Source of the DNA: Myxococcales bacterium
GTDB taxonomy: Bacteria; Myxococcota; Myxococcia; Myxococcales; UBA5297
Length of the DNA stretch: 64,000 bases
Assembly: GCA_049841135.1 (NCBI GenBank)
Contig: JASGHK010000002.1
Span: 863,116-927,115, forward strand
Reading direction: 5' to 3'
Shown here piece by piece: positions 39,733-49,429 of this stretch (within the stretch, counting starts at the first letter, position 1; every line of letters begins with the position of its first letter). Position numbers and translations under genes: made by a program. Under the pieces are notes generated by a model. It did no database searches, was not told the DNA's origin, and saw only the letters and a list, made by a program, of their open reading frames with translations.

Positions 39733-41043
39733 CTACTTGGGGACCGCCTTGAGCACGGCCTTGCCGTCCTTGATGACGACCTTGAAGTCCACCGACTTCG
39801 CGCCGTGGTCCTTCATCAGCTGCGGCACCTGCCTGCGCAGGCTCTGCTCGACGGCCTCGAGCGTGATGCCGTCGGTGCTCTCCTTGCACTGCTTCTTGGC
39901 GGTGACGAAGGCGTCGTAGATGCGCTTGACCTTGTCCTGCGACAAGCCGCCGCTGGGGCCCGCGGCGGTCGCGCCGGCGGGCGGTGCCGGGGGCCTGGCG
40001 ACAGCGGGGATGGCGGGGTTGGTCATCGGCCGCGTCCCGGTCGTCCCGGCGGGAGGGGCGGGAGGCTTGACGGCCGGCTTGGGCGGCGCGCCGGTCGCGC
40101 CTGCCGGCGGGGCGGGCGGGTTGGTCGCCTGCCTGCCGAGCGGAGCGGCTGGCTGACGCGGCGCGGGAGCCCCGGGCGGACTGGCCTGCCTCGGAAGCGC
40201 AGGCGCCTGCGGGTTGGTGACCTGCCTGGGAAGCGGCGCAGGAGCCTGGGGAGGGTTCGACGGCTGCCGCGCAATCGGTCCCGGCGTGCCCGTCAGCGCT
40301 GCGGCCGGAGGAGGCGGCGGCTTGGCGACCGCGGCGCTGGCCTGAGGCGCGGCCGGCCTGGCCACGGGCGCCGGCGCGGGAGGCTTGGCGGCGGCAGGTG
40401 CCACGGCGGGCCTGGCGACTGGCGCCACCGAACCCGTGGGCGGCGGAGGCGGGCTCTGCGGGCGCGGTCCGGAGCCGATGCCGCCGGCCTCGTCAGGCAG
40501 CGCGGGGTCGGTCTTCTGACGTGGCAAGGGCTTGGCGGCCAGCGGAGGCGCGGCGGGTTTCTCGTCGCCGAAGAGCTCGTCGGGCAACTCCGCCTCGAGG
40601 TCGGCGTCGTCGAGCGTCCAGGAGTCCTTGCGCTCCTTCTTCTCGTCGCCCTCCTTGACCTCGACCTTCTTCTTGCCCCGCTCCTCCTGCGACCCCTTCT
40701 TCCGCCGCAGCTTGAAGAGGTCCCGGCTGTAGGTCCCCTCCTCAATCTCCTTGAGGGTCTTGAGCCACAGCCGCTCGTAGGTCTGGAACTTGGCGAAGAG
40801 CGTCTGGATCCGGAACTTGAGGCCGGTGTTGCGGACGAACTGGCGCTTGAGCAGTTGGATCCGCTTCCGGTAGTCGTCCAGATCCTTCTGCGGGTTCTTC
40901 TTGTCGAGCCCGAGGAAGAACTGGTCGAAGCGCGCGCGCAGGGCAGCGAGCTCTTCGTCGAGCTGCTTGGCCTGTTCTCCCAGCGCCTCCTGGTCGGGCG
41001 GGGAATTGGACTTCTTGTCGGAATCCAGCGCCATCGCGGCCAC
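39733..41043 (-). CDS. proline-rich protein with conserved N- and C-terminal domains
   Basis: 436 aa. Structured N-domain (LRARFDQFFLGLDKKNPQKDLDDYRKRIQLLKRQF...), a Lys/Glu block, then about 170 aa of Pro/Ala-rich linker with repeated PRQ(x)(T/S)NP units. Small C-domain (KVKRIYDAFVTAKKQCKES...DFKVVIKDGKAVLKAVPK). Confidence 0.75.
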   Translation of the reverse strand: MAAMALDSDKKSNSPPDQEALGEQAKQLDEELAALRARFDQFFLGLDKKNPQKDLDDYRKRIQLLKRQFVRNTGLKFRIQTLFAKFQTYERLWLKTLKEIEEGTYSRDLFKLRRKKGSQEERGKKKVEVKEGDEKKERKDSWTLDDADLEAELPDELFGDEKPAAPPLAAKPLPRQKTDPALPDEAGGIGSGPRPQSPPPPPTGSVAPVARPAVAPAAAKPPAPAPVARPAAPQASAAVAKPPPPPAAALTGTPGPIARQPSNPPQAPAPLPRQVTNPQAPALPRQASPPGAPAPRQPAAPLGRQATNPPAPPAGATGAPPKPAVKPPAPPAGTTGTRPMTNPAIPAVARPPAPPAGATAAGPSGGLSQDKVKRIYDAFVTAKKQCKESTDGITLEAVEQSLRRQVPQLMKDHGAKSVDFKVVIKDGKAVLKAVPK

Positions 41044-41115
41044 TGTAGCACAGGCCCCCGACCCGCCCTCCAGCGCCCTTTTTCTTGTCTTTTCTTGTCC
41101 GGACCCTCCCCCCTA

Positions 41116-41359
41116 CCCCCTCCCAAACCTCCCAAACTGCGGGAGGGGGTTCGTTTCGTGGCTTCGGCAACCTTGGTCGGAGCTCTCTGCCGCCGTGCAC
41201 TACGCTGGCGCCATCCTTGGCTCAAGACACGGCGCTGTCGTCACGTTTGGCGTTGCCGTGAGCCAAGGACTCAAGCCAGGCAGAGCCGTGGCGGCAGAAG
41301 AGCTCCGACCAGCGTCGAGTCGAGCAGAGACGAACCCCCTCCCGCTTTTTGGGAGGGGG
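41116..41359. other. nested long palindrome / MITE-like structured element in the lgt-downstream intergenic region
   Basis: GCGGGAGGGGGTTCGT (41139-41154) has its exact reverse complement at 41330-41345. Inner arms are GGTCGGAGCTCTCTGCCGCC (41175-41194) and 41290-41310 (one bulge). Innermost arms are CCTTGGCTCA (41215-41224) and TGAGCCAAGG (41259-41268). Both ends carry CCCCCTCCC...GGGAGGGGG hairpins (41116-41149 and 41335-41359). Confidence 0.7.
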
Positions 41360-41376
41360 CAGGGGGGAGGGCGCAG

Positions 41377-42744
41377 CTAGGCCGCGATGCCGGCCGCCGG
41401 CGCCGCCGTCTTCGCCTTGCGCCCGTAGAGCACCCAGATGGCCACGCCGGTGATGAAGATGCCCAGCGAGATGGTCTGGCTGGTGGAGAGGATGACCGGG
41501 TGGATGGAGTCCGGGTACTTGAAGAGGAAGTTGCGGATGTCGTCGCCGCGGAAGAGCTCGATGCAGAAGCGCAGCACCGCGTAGCACATCAGCCAGACGG
41601 ACAGCACCTGGCCGTTGAAGCTCTTGTGGCGGCGCACGACGAGCAGCGCCAGGAAGAGCATCAGCTCGCCGGTGCTCTCCATCAGCTGGGTCGGGTAGAC
41701 GGGGACGGAGTAGCCGCTGGAGAGCGCGACCTGGCTGATCTGGTGGGCGCCCTCGATCGAGTGGTCGTAGAGGTGGCCGAGCGCGTCGAACCAGCGGTGG
41801 TCCTTGGCCTGGTCGTTGTACGCCAGGGCGTCGGTGCCGAAGCCGCCGAAGGGCAGGTGCGCGGCGGCGGGGAAGCGGATGGCGATGGCGGAGCCGGCCT
41901 TGGCGATGCCGCCCCAGCAGCAGCCCGCGGCCAGGCAGCCGATGCGGCCGATGGCGTGGCCGATGGCGACGGAGGGGATGGCGACGTCGGCGATGCGCAG
42001 GAAGTCGAGCTTGTGCTTCTTGCAGTAGTAGTAGCTGGCCAGCGACGCGCCGATGAAGCCGCCGTAGAACACCAGGCCGCCGGAGATGGAGAAGATCTGC
42101 GTCCAGTCGCGCCTGTAGTCGTCGAGCTTGGTGATGACGAAGAGCACGCGCGAGCCGACGATGGACGAGACCAGGATCCAGAAGCCCAGGTCCAGGAAGC
42201 GCTCGCGCATGTACGGGCCGGCGGGCTCCATCTTCCCGCCGATCTTGATCATCTCCGGGTAGGCGCGCACCGCCTCGCGGCTTCCGAGCCAGACCGCCAC
42301 GATGAACGCCGTGGCGATCATCAGGCCGTAGGTGTGCAGCGGCGCGCCCATCTCGCGGCCGATGGCGCCGTCATAGAGGCCGAACTTGATGGCGAAGAAG
42401 CCGGCCAGCGCGGCGATGCCGCCGAAGTAGGCGGGGCTCTCCTTGACCTTGCCCGCGTAGATGACCGAGGTCGCCACCAGCGCCGCCGAGGTCACCCACA
42501 CCAGGACCTTGATGATCCCCGCGCCCGTCTCCGAGAACTTCGGGCCCATGTAGATGGCGCCGACCAGGCCGACGAGGCCAGCGAAGATGGCGAACGGGAT
42601 GCCTCGCCAGACCGCGGTCTCCTTCGGGTCCGCCCCGCGAGCGCCGCTCCAGTAGCCGTAGCCGACCAGGGCGAGGCAAAGGAGCACGCCGACCACCTGC
42701 ATCACCGGCGTGTTGAACTCGATCTTGAAGAGGATGGGGAGCAT
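41377..42744 (-). CDS. lgt: prolipoprotein diacylglyceryl transferase with extended membrane N-terminus
   Basis: 455 aa. Contains the Lgt blocks VPVYPTQLMESTGEL, GRIGCLAAGCCWG and VFYGGFIGA, and is polytopic and hydrophobic throughout. It sits directly downstream of lspA. Confidence 0.85.
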   Translation of the reverse strand: MLPILFKIEFNTPVMQVVGVLLCLALVGYGYWSGARGADPKETAVWRGIPFAIFAGLVGLVGAIYMGPKFSETGAGIIKVLVWVTSAALVATSVIYAGKVKESPAYFGGIAALAGFFAIKFGLYDGAIGREMGAPLHTYGLMIATAFIVAVWLGSREAVRAYPEMIKIGGKMEPAGPYMRERFLDLGFWILVSSIVGSRVLFVITKLDDYRRDWTQIFSISGGLVFYGGFIGASLASYYYCKKHKLDFLRIADVAIPSVAIGHAIGRIGCLAAGCCWGGIAKAGSAIAIRFPAAAHLPFGGFGTDALAYNDQAKDHRWFDALGHLYDHSIEGAHQISQVALSSGYSVPVYPTQLMESTGELMLFLALLVVRRHKSFNGQVLSVWLMCYAVLRFCIELFRGDDIRNFLFKYPDSIHPVILSTSQTISLGIFITGVAIWVLYGRKAKTAAPAAGIAA

Positions 42745-42765
42745 TCGTTCGTTCTCGGGTCGGGC

Positions 42766-43506
42766 TCAGGTCTCGCTCGCCGGGGGCGGCTGCGGGGCCG
42801 GAGGGGGGTCGGCAAGGGGGGCGAGGCTATCAGGCTTCGGGGCTTGGGGGTCAGCGGCCTCGGCGGCGGCGGCGGGCTCCCCGGTCGGAGCCAGGGCGGG
42901 CGCGCCGGCGGGCCGCCGGGCGAGGAGCGTCTGCAGCATCAGCATCGAGACGCCGACGACGATGGCGACGTCGGCCACGTTGAAGGTCGGCCAGTGCAGG
43001 CCGGGCTGGTTGCGCCAGTGCCAGTCGACGAAGTCGATGACGTAGCCGTCGATCAGCCGGTCGGTGTAGTTGCCGATCGCCCCGCCCAGCACCAGCGACA
43101 GGGCCACCGCCAAGAAGCCCTGGCCGGGCTGCAGCCGGCGGTAGAAGCTCACGATGGCCACCACCGCGATCAGGCTGACGACGTGGAAGAACGGGCGGCG
43201 CCACGACTCGTCGACCTTGGCGAACAGTCCCCAGGCCGCGCCTGGGTTCTCCACGTACTTGTGCTGCCAGTAGTTCTCGACGACGACCGACGGCGCCTTG
43301 CGGTGGTCGACCCCGCCCGGACGGGCCGGGTCGTTGTCCAGGTTCTCGAGCGCCAGGTAGGCCGAGACGCGCCCGCCCAGGGTCTTGGCCCCGGCCTGCT
43401 CGAAGGCGCTCGTCAGCCTGGCGACGGCAAGGAACTTCGTCGCCTGGTCGGCGACGAGGACCAGGCCGAAGATCGCGACCAGCAGGCCGTACTTCCAACG
43501 CATCAT
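42766..43506 (-). CDS. lspA: lipoprotein signal peptidase II
   Basis: Start MMRWKYGLLVAIFGLVLVADQATK at 43506; the track ORF extends to 43536. Conserved VENPGAAWGLF and HWPTFNVADVAIVVG blocks, plus a Pro/Ala-rich C-terminal tail. Confidence 0.88.
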   Translation of the reverse strand: MMRWKYGLLVAIFGLVLVADQATKFLAVARLTSAFEQAGAKTLGGRVSAYLALENLDNDPARPGGVDHRKAPSVVVENYWQHKYVENPGAAWGLFAKVDESWRRPFFHVVSLIAVVAIVSFYRRLQPGQGFLAVALSLVLGGAIGNYTDRLIDGYVIDFVDWHWRNQPGLHWPTFNVADVAIVVGVSMLMLQTLLARRPAGAPALAPTGEPAAAAEAADPQAPKPDSLAPLADPPPAPQPPPASET

Positions 43507-43648
43507 TCGAGTCCAGAATCCACGAGCTCCCGGCACGGACGCCGAGCCCTACCCAAACCGACGGCGCCCGGCGCGATTCCCGTCCGAGGTGCCGGCAAGC
43601 CACGTCGTCAGCTCTGGCTTGCCGACCCGCTCGGATTCGCCCACCGCC

Positions 43649-46546
43649 CTACCCCTTCAACGCCTCGGCGCACTTGGGGCACACCGGGTGGGTGGCGTCG
43701 ATGGCCTCGCTGAAGACCCAGCAGCGCGGGCACTTGGTGCCCGGGGCCCGCTCGAACTTGACGGACAGCGGCAGGCCGTCGGCCTTGGTCGCGCCCTCCG
43801 GGGCCTTGGCCGCGAGCTCGACCGCCGAGACGATGAAGAGCGCCGGCAGCTCGGCCTGCCGGGCCTTCAGCAGCCCTGCGAGCTCGGCGTCGTCCGAGGC
43901 CAGCACCACCTTCGCCTCGAGCGAGCTGCCGATGACCTTGTCCCGCCGCGGGACCTCGAGGACCTTCGAGACCTCGGAGCGCACGGCGAGCAGCTTGTCG
44001 TAGTCGGCGAGGATCCTCTCGTCGTCCGGGCGCACCTTCGCCTCGGGCAGGCCCGACAGGAACACGCTGTCGATCTTCTTGTGCGGCAGGAAGCCCCAGG
44101 CCTCGTCGCAGGTGAACGAGGTGATGGGCGAGAGCAGCTGCAGCAGCGCGACGAGGATCTCGTGGACCACGGTCTGCGCCGAGCGGCGGGCCTGCGACTT
44201 CTTCCCGTAGGTGTAGAGCCGGTCCTTGAGGATGTCGAAGTAGATCGCCGACAGCTCCACGGCGCAGAACTCGAGCGCCGCGTGGTAGACGACGTGGAAC
44301 TCGTAGTCCTCGTAGGCCTTGCGGACCTTGGCGACGAACTGGTTCAGCCGCGCCAGCGCCCAGCGGTCGATGGGCCACAGCTCCTCGACCTTCACTGTGT
44401 CCTTCTCGGGCTCGAAGTCGTGGAGGTTGCCCAGGCAGTAGCGCAGCGTGTTGCGGATCTTCCGGTAGCCCTCGGCCAGCTTGTCGAGGATCTCCTTCGA
44501 GGCGCGGATGTCGTCGCGGTAGTCGCTGGAGGCCACCCACAGCCGGGCGATCTCCGCGCCCTGCTCCTTGATGACCTTGTCGAAGGGCACGTAGTTGCCC
44601 AGCGACTTGGACATCTTCATGCCCTTGCCGTCGACCACGAACCCGTGCGTGAGCACCGCCTTGTACGGCGCGGTGTCGCGGGTGCCGACCGAGCACAGCA
44701 GCGAGGAGTGGAACCAGCCGCGGTGCTGGTCCGAGCCCTCCAAGTACAGGTCCACCGGCAGGCGGTGGTGCTTGCGCACGCCGGCGACGGCGGCCCAGGA
44801 CACGCCCGAGTCGAACCAGACGTCGAGGATGTCCTCCTCCTTGCGGAACTTCTCGCTCCCGCACTTCTTGCACTTGGTGCCGGCGGGCAGGAAGGCCTCG
44901 GGGCCGTGCGCGTACCAGGCGTCGGCGCCCTCCTTGTCGAAGGCGTCGGCGACCTTGTTCATGATCTGGGGGTCGACGATCTCCGTCTCGCAGTCCTCGC
45001 AGTAGAAGACCGGGATGGGCACGCCCCACGCGCGCTGGCGCGACACGCACCAGTCGGGGCGTGTCTCCAGCATGCCGAAGATGCGGTCGCGGCCCCACTT
45101 GGGGATCCAGCGGACCTTGTCCACTTCGGCGAGCGCCTTCTTGCGCAGGTCGTTCACCTCCATGGGGATGAACCACTGCGGGGTGGCGCGGAAGATGACC
45201 GGCTGCTTGCAGCGCCAGCAGCACGGGTAGCTGTGGCTGAGCTCGGCCTTGGGGTCGGAGAGCAGCGCCTTCAGGTCGACCAGCTTCTGGACGATCTTCG
45301 GGTTGGCGTCCCAGATGAGCTGGCCCTGGAACTCGCCGGCCTCCTCGGTGAACTTGCCGGCGCCGTCGACGGGGCTGAGCGTGTCGATGCCGTACTTGCG
45401 GCCGACCTGGTAGTCCTCGGCGCCGTGGCCCGGGGCGGTGTGGACCAGGCCGGTGCCGCTCTCGGTGGTGACGTGCTCGCCCAGGATGACCGGGCAGGTC
45501 TTGCCGTTCAGGACGTGGCGGTACTTGACGCCCTCCAGGTCCTTGCCCTGCAGGTAGCCCAGAACCTTGCCGGGGTTCTTGAGCGCGGCGACCGGGGCCT
45601 CCGGCGAGGGCTTGCTGTCCGCGGTGGTGTTGGCCAGCGCGACGTCCTTGATGGCCAGCTCGTCCGGAGCGCACTCGGACAAAAAGCTCGCGAGCAGCTC
45701 GCGCGCCACGACCAGCAGGCGGCCGTTCAGGTCGTAGACGACGTAGGTGAAGTCCGGGTGGGCGCTGATGGCGAGGTTGGCCGGCAGCGTCCAGGGCGTG
45801 GTGGTCCAGATGACCAGCTCGGCCTTCTTGCCCTTGAACGCGTCGCCCGGCAGCTCGCCCTGGACCGGGAAGGCCACGTAGATGGACGGCGACTTGTGGT
45901 CCTCGTACTCGACCTCGGCCTCGGCCAGCGCCGTGCGGTCGCGGATGCACCAGTAGACCGGCTTCTTGCCGCGCACCAGCGCGCCGCGCTCGGCGAAGCG
46001 GGCCAGCTCGCGCACGATGTTGGCCTCGTAGTCGAAGCTCATCGTCAGGTACGGCTCGTCCCAGCGGGCGAAGACGCCCAGGCGCTTGAACTCCTCGCGC
46101 TGGATGTCGACGTGGCGCTGGGCGTAGGCGCGGCAGGCCTTGCGCAGCTCGAGCTTGGACAGGCCCTTCTTGCGGCCGCCCAGCTCCTCCTCGCTCTTGA
46201 GCTCGATGGGCAGGCCGTGGCAGTCCCAGCCAGGGATGAACTCGCTGTGCTTGCCGGACATGTTTGCGTACTTGACCACGATGTCCTTGAGGACCTTGTT
46301 GAGGATGTGGCCCTGGTGGATGTGGCCGTTGGCGTACGGCGGCCCGTCGTGGAAGACGAAGAGCGGCTTGCCCTCGTTCTGGGCCATCAGCCGCTCGTAG
46401 GTCTTGCCGGCCTGCCAGCGCTCGAGCACCTGCGGCTCGCGTTGGGCCAGCGAGGCCTTCATCGGGAAGTCGGTCTTGGGGAGATTGACCGTGTCCTTGT
46501 AGTCCGTCTGAGCAGCCTTCTCGGGGGCCTTCGTTTCTTCAGCCAT
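43649..46546 (-). CDS. ileS: isoleucine--tRNA ligase
   Basis: ATG at 46544-46546 inside ORF 43649..46627. HIGH-type motif PPYANGHIHQGH, KMSKS motif KGMKMSKS and a C-terminal zinc-ribbon CPRCW...CPKC. Confidence 0.95.
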   Translation of the reverse strand: MAEETKAPEKAAQTDYKDTVNLPKTDFPMKASLAQREPQVLERWQAGKTYERLMAQNEGKPLFVFHDGPPYANGHIHQGHILNKVLKDIVVKYANMSGKHSEFIPGWDCHGLPIELKSEEELGGRKKGLSKLELRKACRAYAQRHVDIQREEFKRLGVFARWDEPYLTMSFDYEANIVRELARFAERGALVRGKKPVYWCIRDRTALAEAEVEYEDHKSPSIYVAFPVQGELPGDAFKGKKAELVIWTTTPWTLPANLAISAHPDFTYVVYDLNGRLLVVARELLASFLSECAPDELAIKDVALANTTADSKPSPEAPVAALKNPGKVLGYLQGKDLEGVKYRHVLNGKTCPVILGEHVTTESGTGLVHTAPGHGAEDYQVGRKYGIDTLSPVDGAGKFTEEAGEFQGQLIWDANPKIVQKLVDLKALLSDPKAELSHSYPCCWRCKQPVIFRATPQWFIPMEVNDLRKKALAEVDKVRWIPKWGRDRIFGMLETRPDWCVSRQRAWGVPIPVFYCEDCETEIVDPQIMNKVADAFDKEGADAWYAHGPEAFLPAGTKCKKCGSEKFRKEEDILDVWFDSGVSWAAVAGVRKHHRLPVDLYLEGSDQHRGWFHSSLLCSVGTRDTAPYKAVLTHGFVVDGKGMKMSKSLGNYVPFDKVIKEQGAEIARLWVASSDYRDDIRASKEILDKLAEGYRKIRNTLRYCLGNLHDFEPEKDTVKVEELWPIDRWALARLNQFVAKVRKAYEDYEFHVVYHAALEFCAVELSAIYFDILKDRLYTYGKKSQARRSAQTVVHEILVALLQLLSPITSFTCDEAWGFLPHKKIDSVFLSGLPEAKVRPDDERILADYDKLLAVRSEVSKVLEVPRRDKVIGSSLEAKVVLASDDAELAGLLKARQAELPALFIVSAVELAAKAPEGATKADGLPLSVKFERAPGTKCPRCWVFSEAIDATHPVCPKCAEALKG

Positions 46547-46661
46547 GACGCTCCAACTCCGCGAAAAAAGAGGGGATTGGCTACCACGGAAGGAACAGGG
46601 ATTCCATGAAGTAATTCGGGCAGTCACCCTGCGACCAGACCCTGTGCGCGGCCGAGTAGCC

Positions 46662-48011
46662 TCAGGAGCCCTTGTCGGACTTCCGGGACGGCGGCGCCGG
46701 GACGAGGCTCAGGTTGCCTTCGCGCTCGTCCGCCTGGACCACTGACAGCCCGCCGGAGTCGAGCCCGGATCCGATGCGCCCCTGGATCCAGCGGATGGCC
46801 TCCTGGGCCTCGTCCTTGATCTGGGGATCGGCCAGGAAGCCCTTGGTCAGCGGCAGCAGCGGCTCGACCGCACGGGCGGTCCCGGCTCGTGCCAGCGCCG
46901 CGACGGCTGCGCGGCGGACCTGGAGCTCGTCGCGCTCCAGCAGGCGCAGGAGGGCCGTCTCGCCGCGCGGGTCGCGCAGCTTGCCGAGCGTCTCGGCGAC
47001 CGACTTGGCCAGCCCCTCGTCCTTGGCGACCGAGAGCCGAGAGAGCGCGTCGACGAAGCGCTGGTCGCGGTGCGAGCCGATGGCCTCGACGGCCATCAGC
47101 GCCAGGCCCGGCACCTTCCGGTCGAGCGCGCCGGTGAGGATCGGCTCGCAATCGGCCCAGGCGAACTTGGCGAGCGCGAACTCGAGCGCCTTCTTGCGCG
47201 TCTGTTCGGGCGCCGCCGGGTCGGCCACGACCTTCTCGAGCGCCTCCCTGCCCTTGCGCGGCTCGAGCAGGTGCGCCACGGCGGAGAGCATGACGTTCGG
47301 GTCCGAGTCCGACGTCGCACGCTGGGCGAGCCGCTCGACGTGCCCCACCTGAGCCTGGTGGTGCTTGGCCAGCGCCAGCAGGTTGTTCTGCCGGACTCGG
47401 GCGACCGGGTCGTGCTCGGCGTTGTGGCACAGAGCGTCGGGGACCGACGTGACCCTCAAGAGCTCCGCCACCTCGAGCATCGCTCGTGCAACCTCGACGA
47501 CGTCCTTGGCCGTCACCGCCTGATCCAGCTCGACCGTGAGCTCGCCCGCCTTCACCACGCCCTTGAGGCGCACCGCGAAGTCGAGGACGCGGGCGCGCGC
47601 CTCGGCGTCCAGCGGTGCGAGCGCGACGTCGGTGGGCCCGGAGGCGTGGACGTGCCGATCGAAGGCCTCGTCGCCGGTGGGGACGTGATCGGCGGGTGGA
47701 ACGGCCGCGACGAAGGCCAGCGCGGTGGAAGGCACCAGGGAGAGCCTGGGCGAGATCTGGCCGTGGGACTTGAGCCGGAACCGGGTCTTGGGCGCGTCGT
47801 CGCCTTCGGCGTAGCCCTCGATCTCCACGGTCTGCCGGTCGACGAAGCCAACGATGCGGGGCTTCTGGAAGCGCGTGCTGACGAACTGCAACTTGAGCTG
47901 CTGGGCCGCGTCTCTCCACAGCTCGGGGTTGGACTGCAGCCGGAACCGGCTGAGGAGCCAGAGGCAGGCGGCGAGGCCGATGAGGCCCAGGTAGATCCAG
48001 ATCGTGGTCAC
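46662..48011 (-). CDS. membrane-anchored HEAT-repeat protein, paralog 1 of 6 (most diverged)
   Basis: 449 aa with a GTG start. One N-terminal TM helix (IWIYLGLIGLAACLWLL) is followed by basic residues. Shares the family blocks GDEAFDRHVHASGP.., VPDAL..N..HDP...VR.NNL and GTARAVEPLLPLTKG...AIRWIQGRIG...GGLSVV. Confidence 0.8.
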   Translation of the reverse strand: MTTIWIYLGLIGLAACLWLLSRFRLQSNPELWRDAAQQLKLQFVSTRFQKPRIVGFVDRQTVEIEGYAEGDDAPKTRFRLKSHGQISPRLSLVPSTALAFVAAVPPADHVPTGDEAFDRHVHASGPTDVALAPLDAEARARVLDFAVRLKGVVKAGELTVELDQAVTAKDVVEVARAMLEVAELLRVTSVPDALCHNAEHDPVARVRQNNLLALAKHHQAQVGHVERLAQRATSDSDPNVMLSAVAHLLEPRKGREALEKVVADPAAPEQTRKKALEFALAKFAWADCEPILTGALDRKVPGLALMAVEAIGSHRDQRFVDALSRLSVAKDEGLAKSVAETLGKLRDPRGETALLRLLERDELQVRRAAVAALARAGTARAVEPLLPLTKGFLADPQIKDEAQEAIRWIQGRIGSGLDSGGLSVVQADEREGNLSLVPAPPSRKSDKGS

Positions 48012-48089
48012 CGGCGCGCCCCCACGCCAGGCGCTACGAAGGCGCCGCCCTCACTGCGCCGGAGCGCGATGGTCGCCAGCCCCACGTCG

Positions 48090-49424
48090 TCAGCCGCCTT
48101 CCTTCTCCCGGTCGTCCGGGACCGGGTTCTCCAAGCTCAGCGCGCCGTCCGCCCCGGCGCCGTCCACCACCGAGAGCCGGCCTGCGTCGGCGTCGCCCAA
48201 TCTTGCCTGGATGCGGCGCACGGCGTCTCGGGCCACCGAGCTTACGGCCCCGTCCTTGGCCGATTGCAGCAACGGCTCGACGGCGCGGACCGTGCCGCAC
48301 TCGCCGAAAGCCTTCGCGGCGGCCGCCTGGACCTCGCGAGACTCGTGGCGCAGCAGCGTGAAGAGCGCGTCCTCGGCACCGGCCCCGCCAACGGCGCCAA
48401 GAGCTTCCGCCAGCGCCTCTCCCAGCGGCAAAGGCGCGACTTGGGAAGCGAGGGAGGCCAACGCCTCCACCTTCGACTCGTCCTTGCTCTTTCCCACCGC
48501 GCGCACTGCCGCGCAGCGAAGCTCCAGCGACTCGGCTGACAGCGCCCAGGCGACGAGTGGCGCAGCGCTCCCGTACGAGAAACCAGAGACGAGCCTCTCG
48601 AGCGCCATCGCCCGAAGCTCCTCGGGCAGCGAGCGGTTCTCGACCAGCTTCACCAGGACCTCCCGAGCCTCGGGATCCCCCGGAAGCCGCTCTGCTGCGA
48701 AGAGCCGCATCGCGGGGTCCAGGTCACGCAGCGTCGCCTGGTATGCCCACAGCGCCTCTCGGGTCTCCGGGTGGAACTGCGACAACGCGTCGAGGCACTT
48801 GTGCCTCACGTCCGCGCTCAGGTCCTTGGTCGCGTTCTCGAGCAGCGCCTTCGGGAGGGAAGGGACTGCGAGGTGCCCCGCCAACTCGAGCATCCCCCGC
48901 ACTGCTGTGACGAAGTCCTCGGGATCCGTGTGGCGCTCGAGAGCCAGCTCCAGGCCGCTGCCCGCGACCTTGCCCCCTTCGCCGACGAAACTGACGAGGT
49001 CCGCTCTCGTCTGTGCGCCCAGCGCGGCGAGCGCGGCATCGAGCGGGCCGCGAACGCGCACTTGCTTGTCGAAATCCTCCGCGCCCGTCACCACATCCTC
49101 TTGCTTGCCCTGAGGCCAGAGCCCGCGCCGCTCGATCTGCAGGGTCTCGGCGATCCGGCCACCGCTCTGGACGATCACGCGGATGAGGTCCGGACTCGTC
49201 TGCTCTTCGATCTCGACCGCGAAGCCGTCGACCGTTCCTTCCAGCCGGTGGCCTCCCTGAGGCCGGTCGAGCTCGCGCAGCCCCAGCTCTCGCGCAGGCT
49301 CGCTCCATCGCTTCACGGCGGCCCGCTTCGCCCGCGCGTCGCTTCGGACGACAGCCCACAGAAGCGCCGTCAGCCCGGCGACCGAGGCGCCCATCGCGAG
49401 GATGACCAGGGATGCAGTTCCCAC
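48090..49424 (-). CDS. membrane-anchored HEAT-repeat protein, paralog 2 of 6
   Basis: 444 aa. TM helix (LVILAMGASVAGLTALLWAVV) followed by RSDARAKR. Family blocks GAEDFDKQVRVRGP and SLPKALLENATKDLSADVR. Tail GTVRAVEPLL...ARDAVRRIQARLGDADAGRLSVVD. Starts 5 nt after the stop of paralog 3. Confidence 0.82.
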   Translation of the reverse strand: MGTASLVILAMGASVAGLTALLWAVVRSDARAKRAAVKRWSEPARELGLRELDRPQGGHRLEGTVDGFAVEIEEQTSPDLIRVIVQSGGRIAETLQIERRGLWPQGKQEDVVTGAEDFDKQVRVRGPLDAALAALGAQTRADLVSFVGEGGKVAGSGLELALERHTDPEDFVTAVRGMLELAGHLAVPSLPKALLENATKDLSADVRHKCLDALSQFHPETREALWAYQATLRDLDPAMRLFAAERLPGDPEAREVLVKLVENRSLPEELRAMALERLVSGFSYGSAAPLVAWALSAESLELRCAAVRAVGKSKDESKVEALASLASQVAPLPLGEALAEALGAVGGAGAEDALFTLLRHESREVQAAAAKAFGECGTVRAVEPLLQSAKDGAVSSVARDAVRRIQARLGDADAGRLSVVDGAGADGALSLENPVPDDREKEGG

Positions 49425-49429
49425 GCGCC

